A stretch of DNA of 64,000 nucleotides from Amoebidium appalachense (taxonomy: Eukaryota; Protista; Ichthyosporea), in contig CAVNZM010000008.1 of the NCBI GenBank assembly GCA_963693365.1, positions 10,738,764-10,802,763 of the forward strand, in the 5' to 3' direction. Below, piece by piece: positions 1-46,025 of this stretch; position 1 is the first letter of the stretch, and every line of letters begins with the position of its first letter. Made by a program: the position numbers and the translations under genes. The notes beneath the pieces were generated by a model. The model did not search any database. It had not been told where the DNA came from and saw only the letters and a list, made by a program, of their open reading frames with translations.

Positions 1-33
1 ATAGCGCTTTCTCCGCGGACGGCCTCTTTAACA

Positions 34-97
<64 letters not shown>

Positions 98-125
98 TTC
101 TATCTACTATTAGAGGGATAGAGGG

Positions 126-193
<68 letters not shown>

Positions 194-496
194 GTGTGTG
201 TGAGTAAGAGGGGGGAAGGGGGCGGGGCCGAGAGGAAAGAGGGAGGGATCTCGTACTCGTTTCAGGCTACACATTCTCTACATCGATATCATCCTTTTCA
301 TTACATTATTCTAGAAAACTAAAATACTACATTGTATATCATGTTGGTGGAAACAATAGCACACAACGGCATACCAGTACCCAGCACCGTGGGTCTCAAC
401 GTGTGTGTGATCATGGTTCCTCCCTGTCTGTTGTGGAACTTTAAAACATGCTTGTTTACTCAACTAGTAACAAGATTATAATGAAAAACAATAGAC

Positions 497-968
497 AAAC
501 ATTCAAGGACACTGTCGGCATTTATAAAAGCACCGCAGCACTCTTAAAGCAACATCAACAATGATCTCGACATAAGTTAAACATTGAATGATCTAATTCT
601 ACTCCTAAACATTCAAGGACACTGTCGGCATTTATAAAAGCACTGCAGCATTCGTAAAGCAACATCAACAATGATCTCGACATGACATTGAATGATTTAA
701 TTCTAATCCTGGCATTTATAAAAGCACTGCAGCATTCGTAAAGCAACATCAACAATGATCTCGACATGACATTGAATGATTTAATTCTAATCCTATGTTC
801 CAATAATTGCCGTAGCACAACATAAATACAGTTATCTCAACGTGAAGAAGAATTTGCTTTAATAATCATGATGCTATATTTAGCAATTTAGCACTAGCAG
901 CTCATGGAGAGGCTGCTTTAATAATCATGATGCTATATTTAGCAATTTAGCACTAGCAGCTCATGGAG
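497..968. repeat. Local tandem duplications (about 55-110 bp units)
   Basis: GGCATTTATAAAAGCAC.GCAGCA...AAAGCAACATCAACAATGATCTCGACAT three times; TGCTTTAATAATCATGATGCTATATTTAGC...CTCATGGAGA twice. Confidence 0.9.
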
Positions 969-981
969 AACAGCCAGTCAC

Positions 982-35570
<34,589 letters not shown>

Positions 35571-36069
35571 CGCTGGTGTGTTCCCAGAACACAAAGGTGA
35601 ATTCGAAGGTCGGCGGCGCGCCATCCTCACGTGACGTGGGCCAACTTTGACAGACAGTAACATTAAATAGGCGCTAACGCCGTACTGTGAAAGTCACTGC
35701 ACGCAGTCGCATACGTCTGTACAACGCGCTCGTGTGTGTGTGCTCTCGTGGCAGAACTTTCCCATCAATATGCCTTCCTCGATAGTAGCACTGATCACCA
35801 GTCTGTATACACCAACGAGTGAGGCGAAGCTCGCCCGTTATCGCGATTCATTTTTCGTCGGTGCCACGAACGTGAGCTCGACTCAAGCCCTTTGGGTAAC
35901 GCTGCTGCGCGGTGTCAAATTGTGCAGACGTGTAATATTAGTAGAAGAAGAGAGAAGTGCCTTGGTACCTTTGTAACTAAATTTTGGTAAAAAATGCATT
36001 GACTATGTTAACAAAAGACTTGCCCGGCCTGCCATTTTCATCGGTGCTCTCACCGTCAGACAATATTAT

Positions 36070-36180
36070 TGGTGGCACATGCCAACGATAAAGTTGGTAT
36101 AAGGGGTTTACGCTGTTTACTCTTTGTCTCGAGTAAACAGCGTAAACCCCTTATCAATTTATCGTTGGCATGTGCCACCA
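36070..36180. repeat. Near-perfect long hairpin (about 50-bp arms, 8-nt loop)
   Basis: TGGTGGCACATGCCAACGATAAA...GGGGTTTACGCTGTTTACTC / GAGTAAACAGCGTAAACCCC...TTTATCGTTGGCATGTGCCACCA. Confidence 0.9.
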
Positions 36181-37578
36181 GCATTTCAGATACTGTATTC
36201 GATGTCAAGCCTCGATTGGATACAGGGATCAATGCCTAGCTAGTTGTAGTATTGGCTGTATTGCGTGTGAGTTTGTTTTCTCCCGATATTATAGCTATAG
36301 TGTGTCAATATTTAGGTATAATCTGTTTCCTATGACTCACGCTGCCATTGCAATGCGTCGCAAAATTCTACTGGCCACGGATGGAAATTATTTTTCGTAT
36401 GTGGCACATTGTGCTGCAACCCATGCTCCCGCGAATTTGAGACCCCATTTCCATATGTGTGTAACAGTATGTAACTAGTAACTACGGAAAATGAAGCTCC
36501 GTTATACCAGAATAACCCTTTTTAGAGTTAATTTATTGATTTTTACTATATGTAGGACCACATGCATGCAGTCCTATGTCTGTAACGGAATTTTTCGTGG
36601 CCTAATTCTCGAACTGGAAAATCGGAAATCCGCCGTTACACACATACGACTTGCCCCACACATATGAGTGTTAGGGGATCTAATATGATAAAAATTGCAT
36701 ATGACGTAGGCTATGTTCGGTATAGAAAACGCTAACGCTAAAAATCCCTGTCTAGCTCGCGCGTGTGTATGTAATATATTGGTTTATCAGCATTATCCCT
36801 TTTTTGCACATGCAGCCCTTCATTGCATACATGAAATATAGTTTATAATCCAACTTGAGGTTTTTATTGAACCAATCAGGATACACTATTTTTCTTTAGT
36901 TTCAATGGAGCTATATACTGGCCGCCTGCTCAATGACGACATCTTGACGCATATGTAGGTAGGTATCAACGGTTAAAGGACCGCGTTTGGTATGGTTCCT
37001 GAGGCGGCGGCCCAACCAGCTTCCGAGTATATAGCGCCCTGGCCGGCCCAAGCATAAGATTGGGCCACTTTCAACTTTATTCATTCAAGTACTTTGCGTG
37101 GTTACTTTCATGATATCCGTATGTTCCCACTGAGTATCAAATACTCGAAGGCGACCAGAAACACGTTAGAGGGCGAAAAATGAAGTTATTTAAATGTCTA
37201 TTGCTAAATATTTACAAGCTAACAACGACACACTGTATTCTATGATGGGAAACACTGATTCGGCTGACATGCGTGTAGCGAGTAGGCGGTTGAAATCGCG
37301 GCCCTCTTGCCTCGAATCTCCTCGAAGGTATAGGGGTCCGGTCTTAATGACGTCACTATTTGAGAAGGAGGGCAAGCACCGATTGGGGCCCGCGAGAGAC
37401 TTTCCTGTTTGCGAAACGGAAACGAAACCATGTGTGCACCACGTTACGCGGCCTAATTAGAACAAACGAAAAATATTAAACGTAAAACTAGGGAACTAAA
37501 TTGTATGTTTACTTGTTATTTAGTTTTTACCTTCTGTTGCGAATCTTAAAAGGTATACCCCTAAGGGGTGCCCACACT

Positions 37579-37824
37579 ATGCCCTCTCGTTGTGCAGCAG
37601 ACCACTGCAAGGCCACTGCTGGGCCTGGTTGTAAGCAGGTGCTTATTTGAAGGCACAGTGCAGAGGTTGTTAGTTCGTGGTTTAAGAACAAGGAGAACAA
37701 GATCCTCACGGATATGTTTCCCATCACCATGGTGCCCAATCACTCCCAGGTTGTCCGAGTTTGCTTTGGGCTTACACGCTTCCAAGGCAAACTCGTGCAC
37801 TGGGAGGAAGAAGCCCCTTTATAA
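37579..37824 (+). pseudogene. Degenerate THAP-like zinc-finger ORF (putative transposase N-terminus, remainder deleted)
   Basis: MPSRCAADHCKATAGPGCKQVLI*RHSAEVVSSWFK...VVRVCFGL. It has an N-terminal C-x4-C, a central W, and RVC-x2-L where CTT is one base from His CAT. In-frame TGA at 37648. Confidence 0.4.
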
Positions 37825-38211
37825 AGCTAATTGTTTTTGTCCCCTACAGCCCCCCCCCCCCCCCCCCTCCCCGTCCCCTCCCCCCCCTCCCCCCCCCCCC
37901 CCCCCTTCAGTTACCCAGTCCCTGTGAAAAAATATGTATATATAAAAGTACCAACAAAAACAAATGGCGTGTGTTTGTTTATGTTTTTCACTGAAACGGG
38001 GGGAAGGGGGGGGGGGGGGGAGGGAGGAGGAGGGGGGAGAGGGGGAAGGGGAAAGCCTTGAGGAACCCTTTAGAAAAACACGAGCCCGACAGAGAGGGAA
38101 AAAAACGAAACCTTCCTGTCTCCCCCCCCCCCCCCCCCTTCCCCCCCCCTCTCCCCCCCAGGCCCCTCCTCCCGCCTATTCTTCCCACACACAACCACTA
38201 CACATTCCTGG

Positions 38212-38270
<59 letters not shown>

Positions 38271-39132
38271 CAGACGCAAGACCTTGCCACCTCAGTAGTT
38301 GTGGTAACAGTAGACCTTCATTGATTACAGCACATGGCATACATAACCTAGTGCACAGCACTGCCTAGTTACAATTTTCATTACATTTATACAGAACACA
38401 AACACCATTTATCCTTAACCGGGCCGGTTATGGTTACCATATCGCACTACTACTAGCGTTACTAATTTATAAAAGAGACTTATCACTTTACATCGATCTA
38501 CCTTTTCTTTCGAGCGAGTACAGATGCCTTTGCGGCCCGGGCCTCTCTGGAATACACATCATTTATATTATCTATTAATTTCATTAACGATTCAACATTA
38601 TCTGCATTCACGGCCACACTAGCATTAAGCAATGGATTCTCGCGCAAGAAAATAGGATTCATATGACACCCTACTTCCTTCCCCTTAAACTTGCCACTAT
38701 CTTTTTGCCCAGACCCCCCTCCACTCTGGCCATCACCTTCAAGATCCATTTCACCCTCACCCCCACCCCCGTTCCGTTCCCTGCCATCACCTACCCCACC
38801 ACCTTCCCCAACCTTTCCTTTTTTTGTAGGCATGCGAGGCTCCCTTCTTTGAAAAATATACTGCTCGATGGGTTTTATTATATCTTTCTACATCTGCCCC
38901 GATGGAACCCCCCACCGTTTTTGTTGGCTAGTGCTTGCAAACAACTGTGGTTCATCCCCGGGGACCCGACCAGAGAGCCTAACAATATCGGCGTTTGTGT
39001 GTATGAGTGCAGCTTGGTGTGTGCATGCAATGCGAGCCTGTGGACACTGACACCAACCATCTATCACCTTCTTCACCACGTTGTTCTCCTCCTCCAGCTC
39101 CAAATGCAGATAGGCGACATAGAAGTCTGTGG

Positions 39133-39206
39133 GGGGCGGGTTGGTGCAATGGTAAGATCTCTGCGTGTCAAGCTCAAAGTCGCAGGATCGATCCTGGTTA
39201 CTTCCG
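39133..39206 (+). ncRNA. tRNA-like Pol III head of the SINE (possibly tRNA-Asp(GTC)-derived), not a functional tRNA
   Basis: About 74 nt with A/B boxes and TGTCA at the anticodon-loop position. Acceptor and anticodon stems pair poorly. A T7 run follows. Confidence 0.55.
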
Positions 39207-39715
39207 ATTTTTTTCTGCCTCGACGGTCCACCGGTCTGGCCGCCCCCTAGAAGCCATCACCCCAGACCACGTCAAAGCAGCACCACCAATTTGTTATCAC
39301 CCGGCCGTAAGACATGACGTCATGAACAGCACCGGCCCTCTGACGTCGACGGCGCGCCGCTTAGGCATCCCGGCCCAACGTTCAAGTGGGAGACCAATCC
39401 GAGTCACCGGCCACGGTTCGGGTCAGCGTCCTGGGCATGGGGTCTTCCCTTTCAAGTCTTTATGTTTGTGTATGTGTCCCGGGTCGCTCCCGGCTGGTGT
39501 TGTTAAAGTGAGCTGTGCTCATTCCCCACTAGCGTTGCTGCGGCTAGAACCGTGGGATAAGGCGTAACTAAAAATAGTGCCAGTTGGGGTCAATTAGAAT
39601 CCTGACTTATGAGTGTGCTATACAGTACGATCTGTGTCTAGGCGGAAGACGGTAAGCTCCCCTGAGGCAGTGCCTCGCCGGGAGTGAAACGGGATAAAAT
39701 AAAAAATAAAAAAGG
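39133..39715 (+). mobile_element. tRNA-derived SINE with 15-bp TSD and A-rich tail
   Basis: CATAGAAGTCTGTGG at 39118-39132 and 39716-39730. The 5' head has A-box TGGTGCAATGG and B-box-like GGATCGATCC. The 3' tail is ATAAAATAAAAAATAAAAAA. Confidence 0.85.
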
Positions 39716-40530
39716 CATAGAAGTCTGTGGCCATGGAACGGGGCACTAAGCCTCGCAGAAGTACCTTGCGGCTGTCCTTGCAGTAGGAGACCGCCAGGTA
39801 CTCACTGCACGACATTGCCCGCCGCCAACCGCGAACAAAATTCTTGAGGGGGAAGTGCTGCATGATTACTAGTACCTGCACATGTGTATATAGGTGTCCG
39901 CGCAAGCACGTGCAGTGTAGTGTGGATATTCACAGTGTGTGTAGGGAGAAAGCGCGGGAAAGGGGGACGAAGAGGGGGGGGGGGGGGGGGGGGGGGGGCA
40001 TGTCAGTCTTTATGTATTCCCAATACCCCCTCCCCCTTCTCCCCACCCCCCTCCAACTCCCATTCACCTCCCCTTTACCCCCCTTCCCCTCTCCTTCCTC
40101 CCTTCCCCGGGTCCATAGTCCTCCATCCCTCGGCCTTCATCTCTTCTGTACCCCTTTTCCCCTTTACCTAAGAATCCCAGCCCCCTCTCCTTCCGAACTG
40201 CACTGACATATCTATCTCCTTGTCCCCCCTCCCCCCCCCCCCCCCCCCCCCCCGAAAAACCATCACTCTTATCTACACCCCCCCCCCCCCTCCACTCCCC
40301 CCTTCATTTTCTTTTCTACCTCTCTCCCCTTCGAGCTTCTTTCCCACACACCTTCCTACCTTCACTCTCCCATCTTTATCCCCCCCCCCCCCCCCTCCCC
40401 TCCCCCTCCCCTCCTTTTCGAGCTTCACTCCCTTAACTACTCCCCTTCTCCCCCCCAACCTTCCACCGGGGCTTCCCCCCCCCCCCCCCCCTCCCCCCCC
40501 CCCCCCCCCCCCCCCCCCCCGGCTTCAAGT

Positions 40531-41899
40531 TTAGCCATCATATCTATGTGTGGAACCATACCCTCCCTCATCTGGAACGACGGGTAGCTCTGCCAGAAGC
40601 TTGTCCTGCCCATAGACCCACACCCGGTTGTTATATATATCAGGCCGCCCACTCTCTCCCGTGCCACTGAGCGGTAGAAATTCAAGAGTGTGCGGAACAA
40701 TATGGCCGGTCAGATAGCAGTCCAAAAGGTTGGCATCGATTGGTGTGCCCAACACCTCTGGGCGAGGCTCTGTTGGTGTCCAGCAAACGTGCCAGTGCTC
40801 AAGCGTAACAGGATTCAGCACTATGTGGGAGCGGAAGGCTACGAGCGCCCGTTCAAATGCCGTGAACACACTCACAGTATCAAGCTCGTGTGCGTGCATT
40901 TTGGGGGCAAGGCGAAGTGACGAGTTCTCAAGAACGTCTTGCACACACTCCAGCCATGCGTCTAACGAGTGCGTGTCCCCTTTTTGTTTCACTTTCCTCA
41001 CAAAGTCGTATGCGCCAACCTCAACCACACCCACTAGTTTCAAATAATCACAACCACCAACAATGCCAAAAAGAAGCAAATCGTCCATATTCCAGCCTGA
41101 GAAATCATATTGTTTATTTTTGTATGTGTGTACTATAAAAATGTCGCGAGCGTGATCGACGAGGTAGCATTGAAAACGAGTGAGGGAATCTGTTTTTTGG
41201 TCGACCTTGCCCCGCGACAGACCACCGATGAGTATGGGTGAGGATGTATATGCAAGCAAATCACTGTCGTCCACCGCTATTACGTCAATTATCTTATTCT
41301 GCCCCATGAACGCGAGCTGTGCGTCCGCCTCGTAAGGGGCCACCACCTTCTCTATACCCTCCGCTTGGCATGTTGCCAACGCCACTCGTGCCATAGACCA
41401 GACGACAAAGTGGGACTGTTTAAACTGGCTGTCAACCCGCTCCTGTATTTTCTGACTCTCCTCCGACGAAGTGGCGTTACAAAGGGTGCCCAGAAGTCGT
41501 TTCCCTTCATTATACGAGTTTTCGCACGCCTTTAACCGGTTGCTTTTCTCTGTTTGTTTGGCAGGCATGAGCTGCCCATCAAAGACAAAAACACTGAGGG
41601 GTAGCTCCCAGTCCATGTTGCCAGAAGTGTATTTCTTTTTTGAACTTGTCGGTTATCTTTTCCACTATTGCTTTTGGTAATACTATTGTGTGTGGGCTGT
41701 CAGATGTGTGCAATAACATAGCTAGTTCATGGCTTTCCTTCGACTTTGCAGGTACACTACTAAGGGCCTTGTGAAGAATAGCACTAGCATCAATGCCCAC
41801 CCGCTTGTCACAGAGTAAACTAGAGAGCTCGGCAAAAGTGCACCCCTTTTTCTTTTTCTCCGTCAGGCCAACCACTGGTAAAAGATTATCAAACCCCAT
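40531..41899 (-). pseudogene. EXO1: Exonuclease 1-like XPG/FEN1 (PIN + H3TH) 5' nuclease, intronless, frameshifted
   Basis: MGFDNLLP...RVGIDASAILHK (XPG-N); after a frameshift near 41597, VFVFDG...K...R, VVAPYEADAQLAF, DDSDLLAY, GGCDYL. The acidic catalytic residues of the EXO1 family are present. Confidence 0.85.
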
Positions 41900-42515
41900 T
41901 TTTTACGTTTACTTTTCGTGTGCTTGTTTTGTTTTCGAGGCCTTTTCGTTTTCGTGGATCGATGTACGAACGCACATTTCGGACCCTTGCCCTCCTTCTC
42001 GGAGCGATCGCCGCTGTGACGTCATTATTACTGAACCCCTATTGCAGGTATTCCCTCGTGTATTTCAACACGGCCCTCTGAAAAAAAGACGGCCTGGCTG
42101 TAGATTACGTCATAAAATCGCATTCCGTTGTGCTCGTGGTATTTCGATCCCCCCCGGCCGGCCGGCCCTAAAACGAGATGCCGGCAGCCGGCAGGAGTAA
42201 CGGTCTGCGTAGCAACAAAGTCCGTAACGTATGCATGTGGGACCTCCGCATAATTGCAGGCATGAATTTGCCGATTTGCGCAACAAAGAATCCGAACCCT
42301 GCATGCACGTGCCATCACAGGCTCCGATCCTGCACTCCCCTTGCTTCCGGACAGTGGTACACTCGGGCCACACCAGTGCATATGCCGTGCTGTAACACGT
42401 GCCCACCGACGTGCAGCAGGCTTCACACCGGCCCACAGGGCCCCACACAGGCTATACACGGCCGTACACCTGCATATATTAGCCTGCACATACCCACACA
42501 CTGGTAGGCTCGGAG

Positions 42516-42555
<40 letters not shown>

Positions 42556-42743
42556 TCCCTTGACCGTACCTCTCCTATCCATAGATCTCTATCCAATATA
42601 ATCTAGCTGGCAGGTTGTCAGCCCAAGTCTCCCCCCCCCCCCCCCCCCCCCCCTTCTTCTAGCCGCACACCAGTAGGCCGCACACGCGCGCACATAGGCT
42701 CGCACGTGCCACGCACCCGGTCTTCACCCTGCAGCTGTCGTCG

Positions 42744-42848
42744 GCTCTGCCACCTACTGAGATGGCTCCTTATTTTTCCTTACACATTCAGCGAACACCT
42801 AACACATACTAACGTGTTGCCGCACGTGCGACGTTTAACATCTACTCA

Positions 42849-42882
<34 letters not shown>

Positions 42883-42887
42883 ACTCA

Positions 42888-42927
<40 letters not shown>

Positions 42928-42958
42928 AAGGAGACACCGCCTCAGTAGGTGGTAGAGC
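42744..42958. mobile_element. Small inverted-repeat element (MITE-like)
   Basis: GCTCTGCCACCTACTGAG ... CTCAGTAGGTGGTAGAGC (17/18 inverted match). Internal duplicated TCTACTCAGTT+poly-A. Confidence 0.55.
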
Positions 42959-43316
42959 GAACACTGGACTCTATCGAACAGTCGAGGCGCCGCGACAGAA
43001 AGCATGCACGCAGTCGCGAGAGTTAAAGTTCGTAAAGTTCGTCGCAGAGCGTACACACCGTCAGTACTCAGTACGTGTGAACCCCGGCCGCGGGCCCGCG
43101 CGGGCCGGCGGTGGCGCGTGGAGCGCGCGTGTGCCAGGCTGTGCGTGCCGGTCTACCGCTGCTCCGTTGGCTTCGTTCTGTTGGTCTGGTCTAGTACTAA
43201 GTGCATCTGTTTGGGGTCGGCCTGTACCCGTTTGTACTTTTTGTTTGTGTGTGAGTGAGTGTGTGTCCGTTTGTGCTTTGTGTGTGTGTTTTTTTTTTTG
43301 GGAGGGGGGGGGGTTG

Positions 43317-43416
<100 letters not shown>

Positions 43417-43559
43417 TGGTGGTGGTCGTGGTGCCGGGTAAGGGGTGTGGTGATGGGGGTCATTGATTTGTAGGGGTTTACTGGCTTGATGGCAACATCC
43501 AGGACCCCCCCCCCCCCATGATTATAATATATGTGTTTATATGTGTATGCTATTAACTT

Positions 43560-43634
<75 letters not shown>

Positions 43635-43664
43635 GCACGCACGCACGCACGTACAAACACCACA

Positions 43665-43785
<121 letters not shown>

Positions 43786-43850
43786 TGTACACACACACAC
43801 AAACACAAGTGCGCGCACACATCACATGTGCTTTGTATAATAAGCATATA

Positions 43851-44387
43851 ATGCTATCCTCTTGCAATCTCCCCTTCAGTGGCAAGCATGCACACACAGC
43901 CTCCAGGAAACCTGCTGCTCTTAAACTTCTTCCACACAGGCCTGGGAGCTCGCGGTGCAACAACGACAGCTATGGGTCCCATGTCGTGGCTACAAGGCGG
44001 AAGCCCGCTGCATGTGGCATCTGCGCTTCCCTAGACCACAGGGCACCATGGTGCACCGCTAACCAACACCTTGGGACCCGTCTGACTTTGGGCACATGGT
44101 TTTATCACGTGAACAGCGTCACATCCAGCGGCATGCAGACATCTCTGGCTCAGGCGTGGTATGACCTGCTGGGTATGAGGCAACCAAAATGGCGCCACCT
44201 GCTCATAACGGAAATTCCACCTTTTCACGATCGTCCGCATGTGCACGGCAACCTGTTTTTTTGTGTTATTCTACTCGATGATAGATTTCAGGCCGTTTGT
44301 GGGCCATATCCGGCGTCGCGTAAGGCAATTAATGATCTCATCAACGCAAAGTTTGCTAAACCTCGCATAGTACTGCTTGCAGCCTAA
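43851..44387 (+). pseudogene. Orphan coding fragment with CCHC zinc knuckle (Mutator-type transposase C-terminus-like)
   Basis: RRKPAACGICASLDHRAPWC = basic patch + C-x2-C-x4-H-x4-C at 44013-44054, in an open, non-repetitive frame. No upstream transposase core is visible. Confidence 0.45.
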
Positions 44388-44750
44388 CATGTCAGACCCA
44401 GCGCTGGGGTGTGGTGTAGACAGAGTTTCCTGCCTGGTTAGACTTTTAGTGTGCATGTTCTTCTAGAATATGTAAGAATGGCTACTACGTTTAAGCCAAC
44501 CTAACATATTCGTTTAACATAGATGCCCCTGCCCCCCCCCCCCCCCCCCCCCCCCCCTCCCCCCCCCCTCCCCCCCTCCCCTTTTTCTGGGTGGAGTGGT
44601 GGTACATAGGGGGTTTTTCCCTTTTGGATGATGGGCTTTTTTTGCCTCGAGATGTATCGTAAGTTCTATGAAAGTTCTAATCATAACTATACTGTAATAT
44701 GCAGCTTATAATGTGTGGTCTCCCTACTTTGTGTCTTTCAGTGTGTGTGT

Positions 44751-44797
<47 letters not shown>

Positions 44798-44844
44798 AGC
44801 AATCCGTTTAGCATGGTGGTGGTGGTGGACCAGGTGGTGGTGGT

Positions 44845-44877
<33 letters not shown>

Positions 44878-45079
44878 AGCAATCCGTTTAGTATGATTTC
44901 TTCTTGATGTGGCAGGCATATGACACGTAGCGCTTGGCCTGACTGACTGATCAATGCCCCTATATATCTTACCCAATGTAACGGAAACCAAACAAATATT
45001 CACTGCATGAACAAGCATAGTTCCCCCACTGCATGTGGCACTATCATGTGGCTGAGTAAAATAACCATCTCTATGTCAG

Positions 45080-45787
45080 AGCGGACGATCTCACAGGGCT
45101 CTTTGATCCCCCCCCCCCCCAAATCCCAACCCCACCACCACCACCCCATCCAACCCATAACACCACCCTGATATGCTGCTACCGGTACCCCTGCCTCCCC
45201 CCCCCCCCCCCCCCCCCTGGGGCCCCCTTCCCCCCCCCCAAAAAACACCAGCACTATCACTTCTAGCCCTACCGCCCGTGACACCACCATGAAATGCCAC
45301 CCCTGTCTCTCTCTGTTCCCCCCTCCCCTACGTAAGTACGAATCACGTACCTGACCCACTCACAAGACTGGGGTGCTGCCCCGGGTTAAATTTTACGGAT
45401 ATGTTTGACAATGAGTGTTGTGTTAGCGATTAATATTGGAACCTCTTAGTACATTGTACATTGGTCTGTATTGGCAGACGGTGGCTCCTTTGCGGCTGAA
45501 GCGTCCTGCGCGCGTGAATTTCAAACGGCTTAGAAGCATAAAATATGGAATAAAATCTCCACACACATACCCATGGCTCCACCAGAACGTGGCTCAGTAA
45601 CATGTACATCTCATGTACGGACTATCTCACGGGCCTCTTTGATCCCCCCCCCCCCCCCCCTCCCCCCCCCCCCCCCCCCCTCTCCCCCCCCCCCCCTTCC
45701 CCCCCCCCCCCCCCCCCCAGAATCCCCTTCCCCAAAACACCATCACTATCACTTCTACCCCTACCACTCCGAAACAGCACCATGAAA

Positions 45788-45820
<33 letters not shown>

Positions 45821-45965
45821 AAAACACGGTGAATATGTTAGACCATTAGTGGTGTATTAGCGACTAATAATGGAACCTCTTACAGTGGTACATTGTACAT
45901 TAGTGTGTTTAAGGAGACGGTGGCTCCTTTGAGGCTGTAAGTGTCCTGCGCGCGATGATTTCAAC
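45080..45965. repeat. Diverged tandem duplication of a unit of about 450-500 bp
   Basis: CTCTTTGATCCCCC, CACTATCACTTCTA, CACCATGAAATGCC, TGGAACCTCTTA, GTACATTGTACATT and AGACGGTGGCTCCTTTG occur in the same order twice. Confidence 0.8.
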
Positions 45966-45987
45966 TCAGGAGGAAGCGTGAGGCGGG

Positions 45988-46025
<38 letters not shown>

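Larger units (their letters stand above)
38498..39875 (-). pseudogene. SWIM zinc-finger exon downstream of the EXO1-like ORF, interrupted by a SINE and one in-frame stop
   Basis: Removing 39133-39730 restores one frame: KNFVRGW...LLRGLVPRSMATDFYVAYLHL...DGWCQCPQARIACTHQAALI...ASTSQQKRWGVPSGQM*KDII...LARKKR. C-x-C-x5-C-x-H lies at 39052-39017. Confidence 0.75.
37205..42145. mobile_element. Decayed DNA transposon-like element with long diverged inverted repeats and two convergent genes (THAP-like remnant; EXO1-like nuclease + SWIM)
   Basis: Patchy inverted homology between about 37205-37490 and 41900-42145 (shared CTTGCCCTCCTTCTC, GTGACGTCATTA, ACCCCTA, TAAACGTAAAA blocks). Both internal genes are disabled. 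Exact ends and TSD were not found. Confidence 0.6.

Noticed and set aside
555-818. 87-aa ORF with an internal repeat
   Set aside because: It is produced by a non-coding tandem duplication.
36973-36990. TTAA|AGG as a Kolobok-type left terminus of the EXO1-SWIM element
   Set aside because: No matching right terminus was found in the window, so it was not used as a boundary.
39133-39206. Functional tRNA-Asp gene
   Set aside because: The stems pair poorly and it is the 5' end of a TSD-flanked insert, so it is a SINE head.
39640-39695. Hammerhead ribozyme at the SINE 3' end (CGGAAGA...GAAAC)
   Set aside because: The core lacks CUGANGA and I cannot form stems I and III. A simple stem-loop explains it.
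40531-41899. Endogenous giant-virus origin of the intronless nuclease
   Set aside because: No other viral hallmark genes lie nearby and the motifs are EXO1-like. It is not excluded without a phylogeny, but it is unsupported here.
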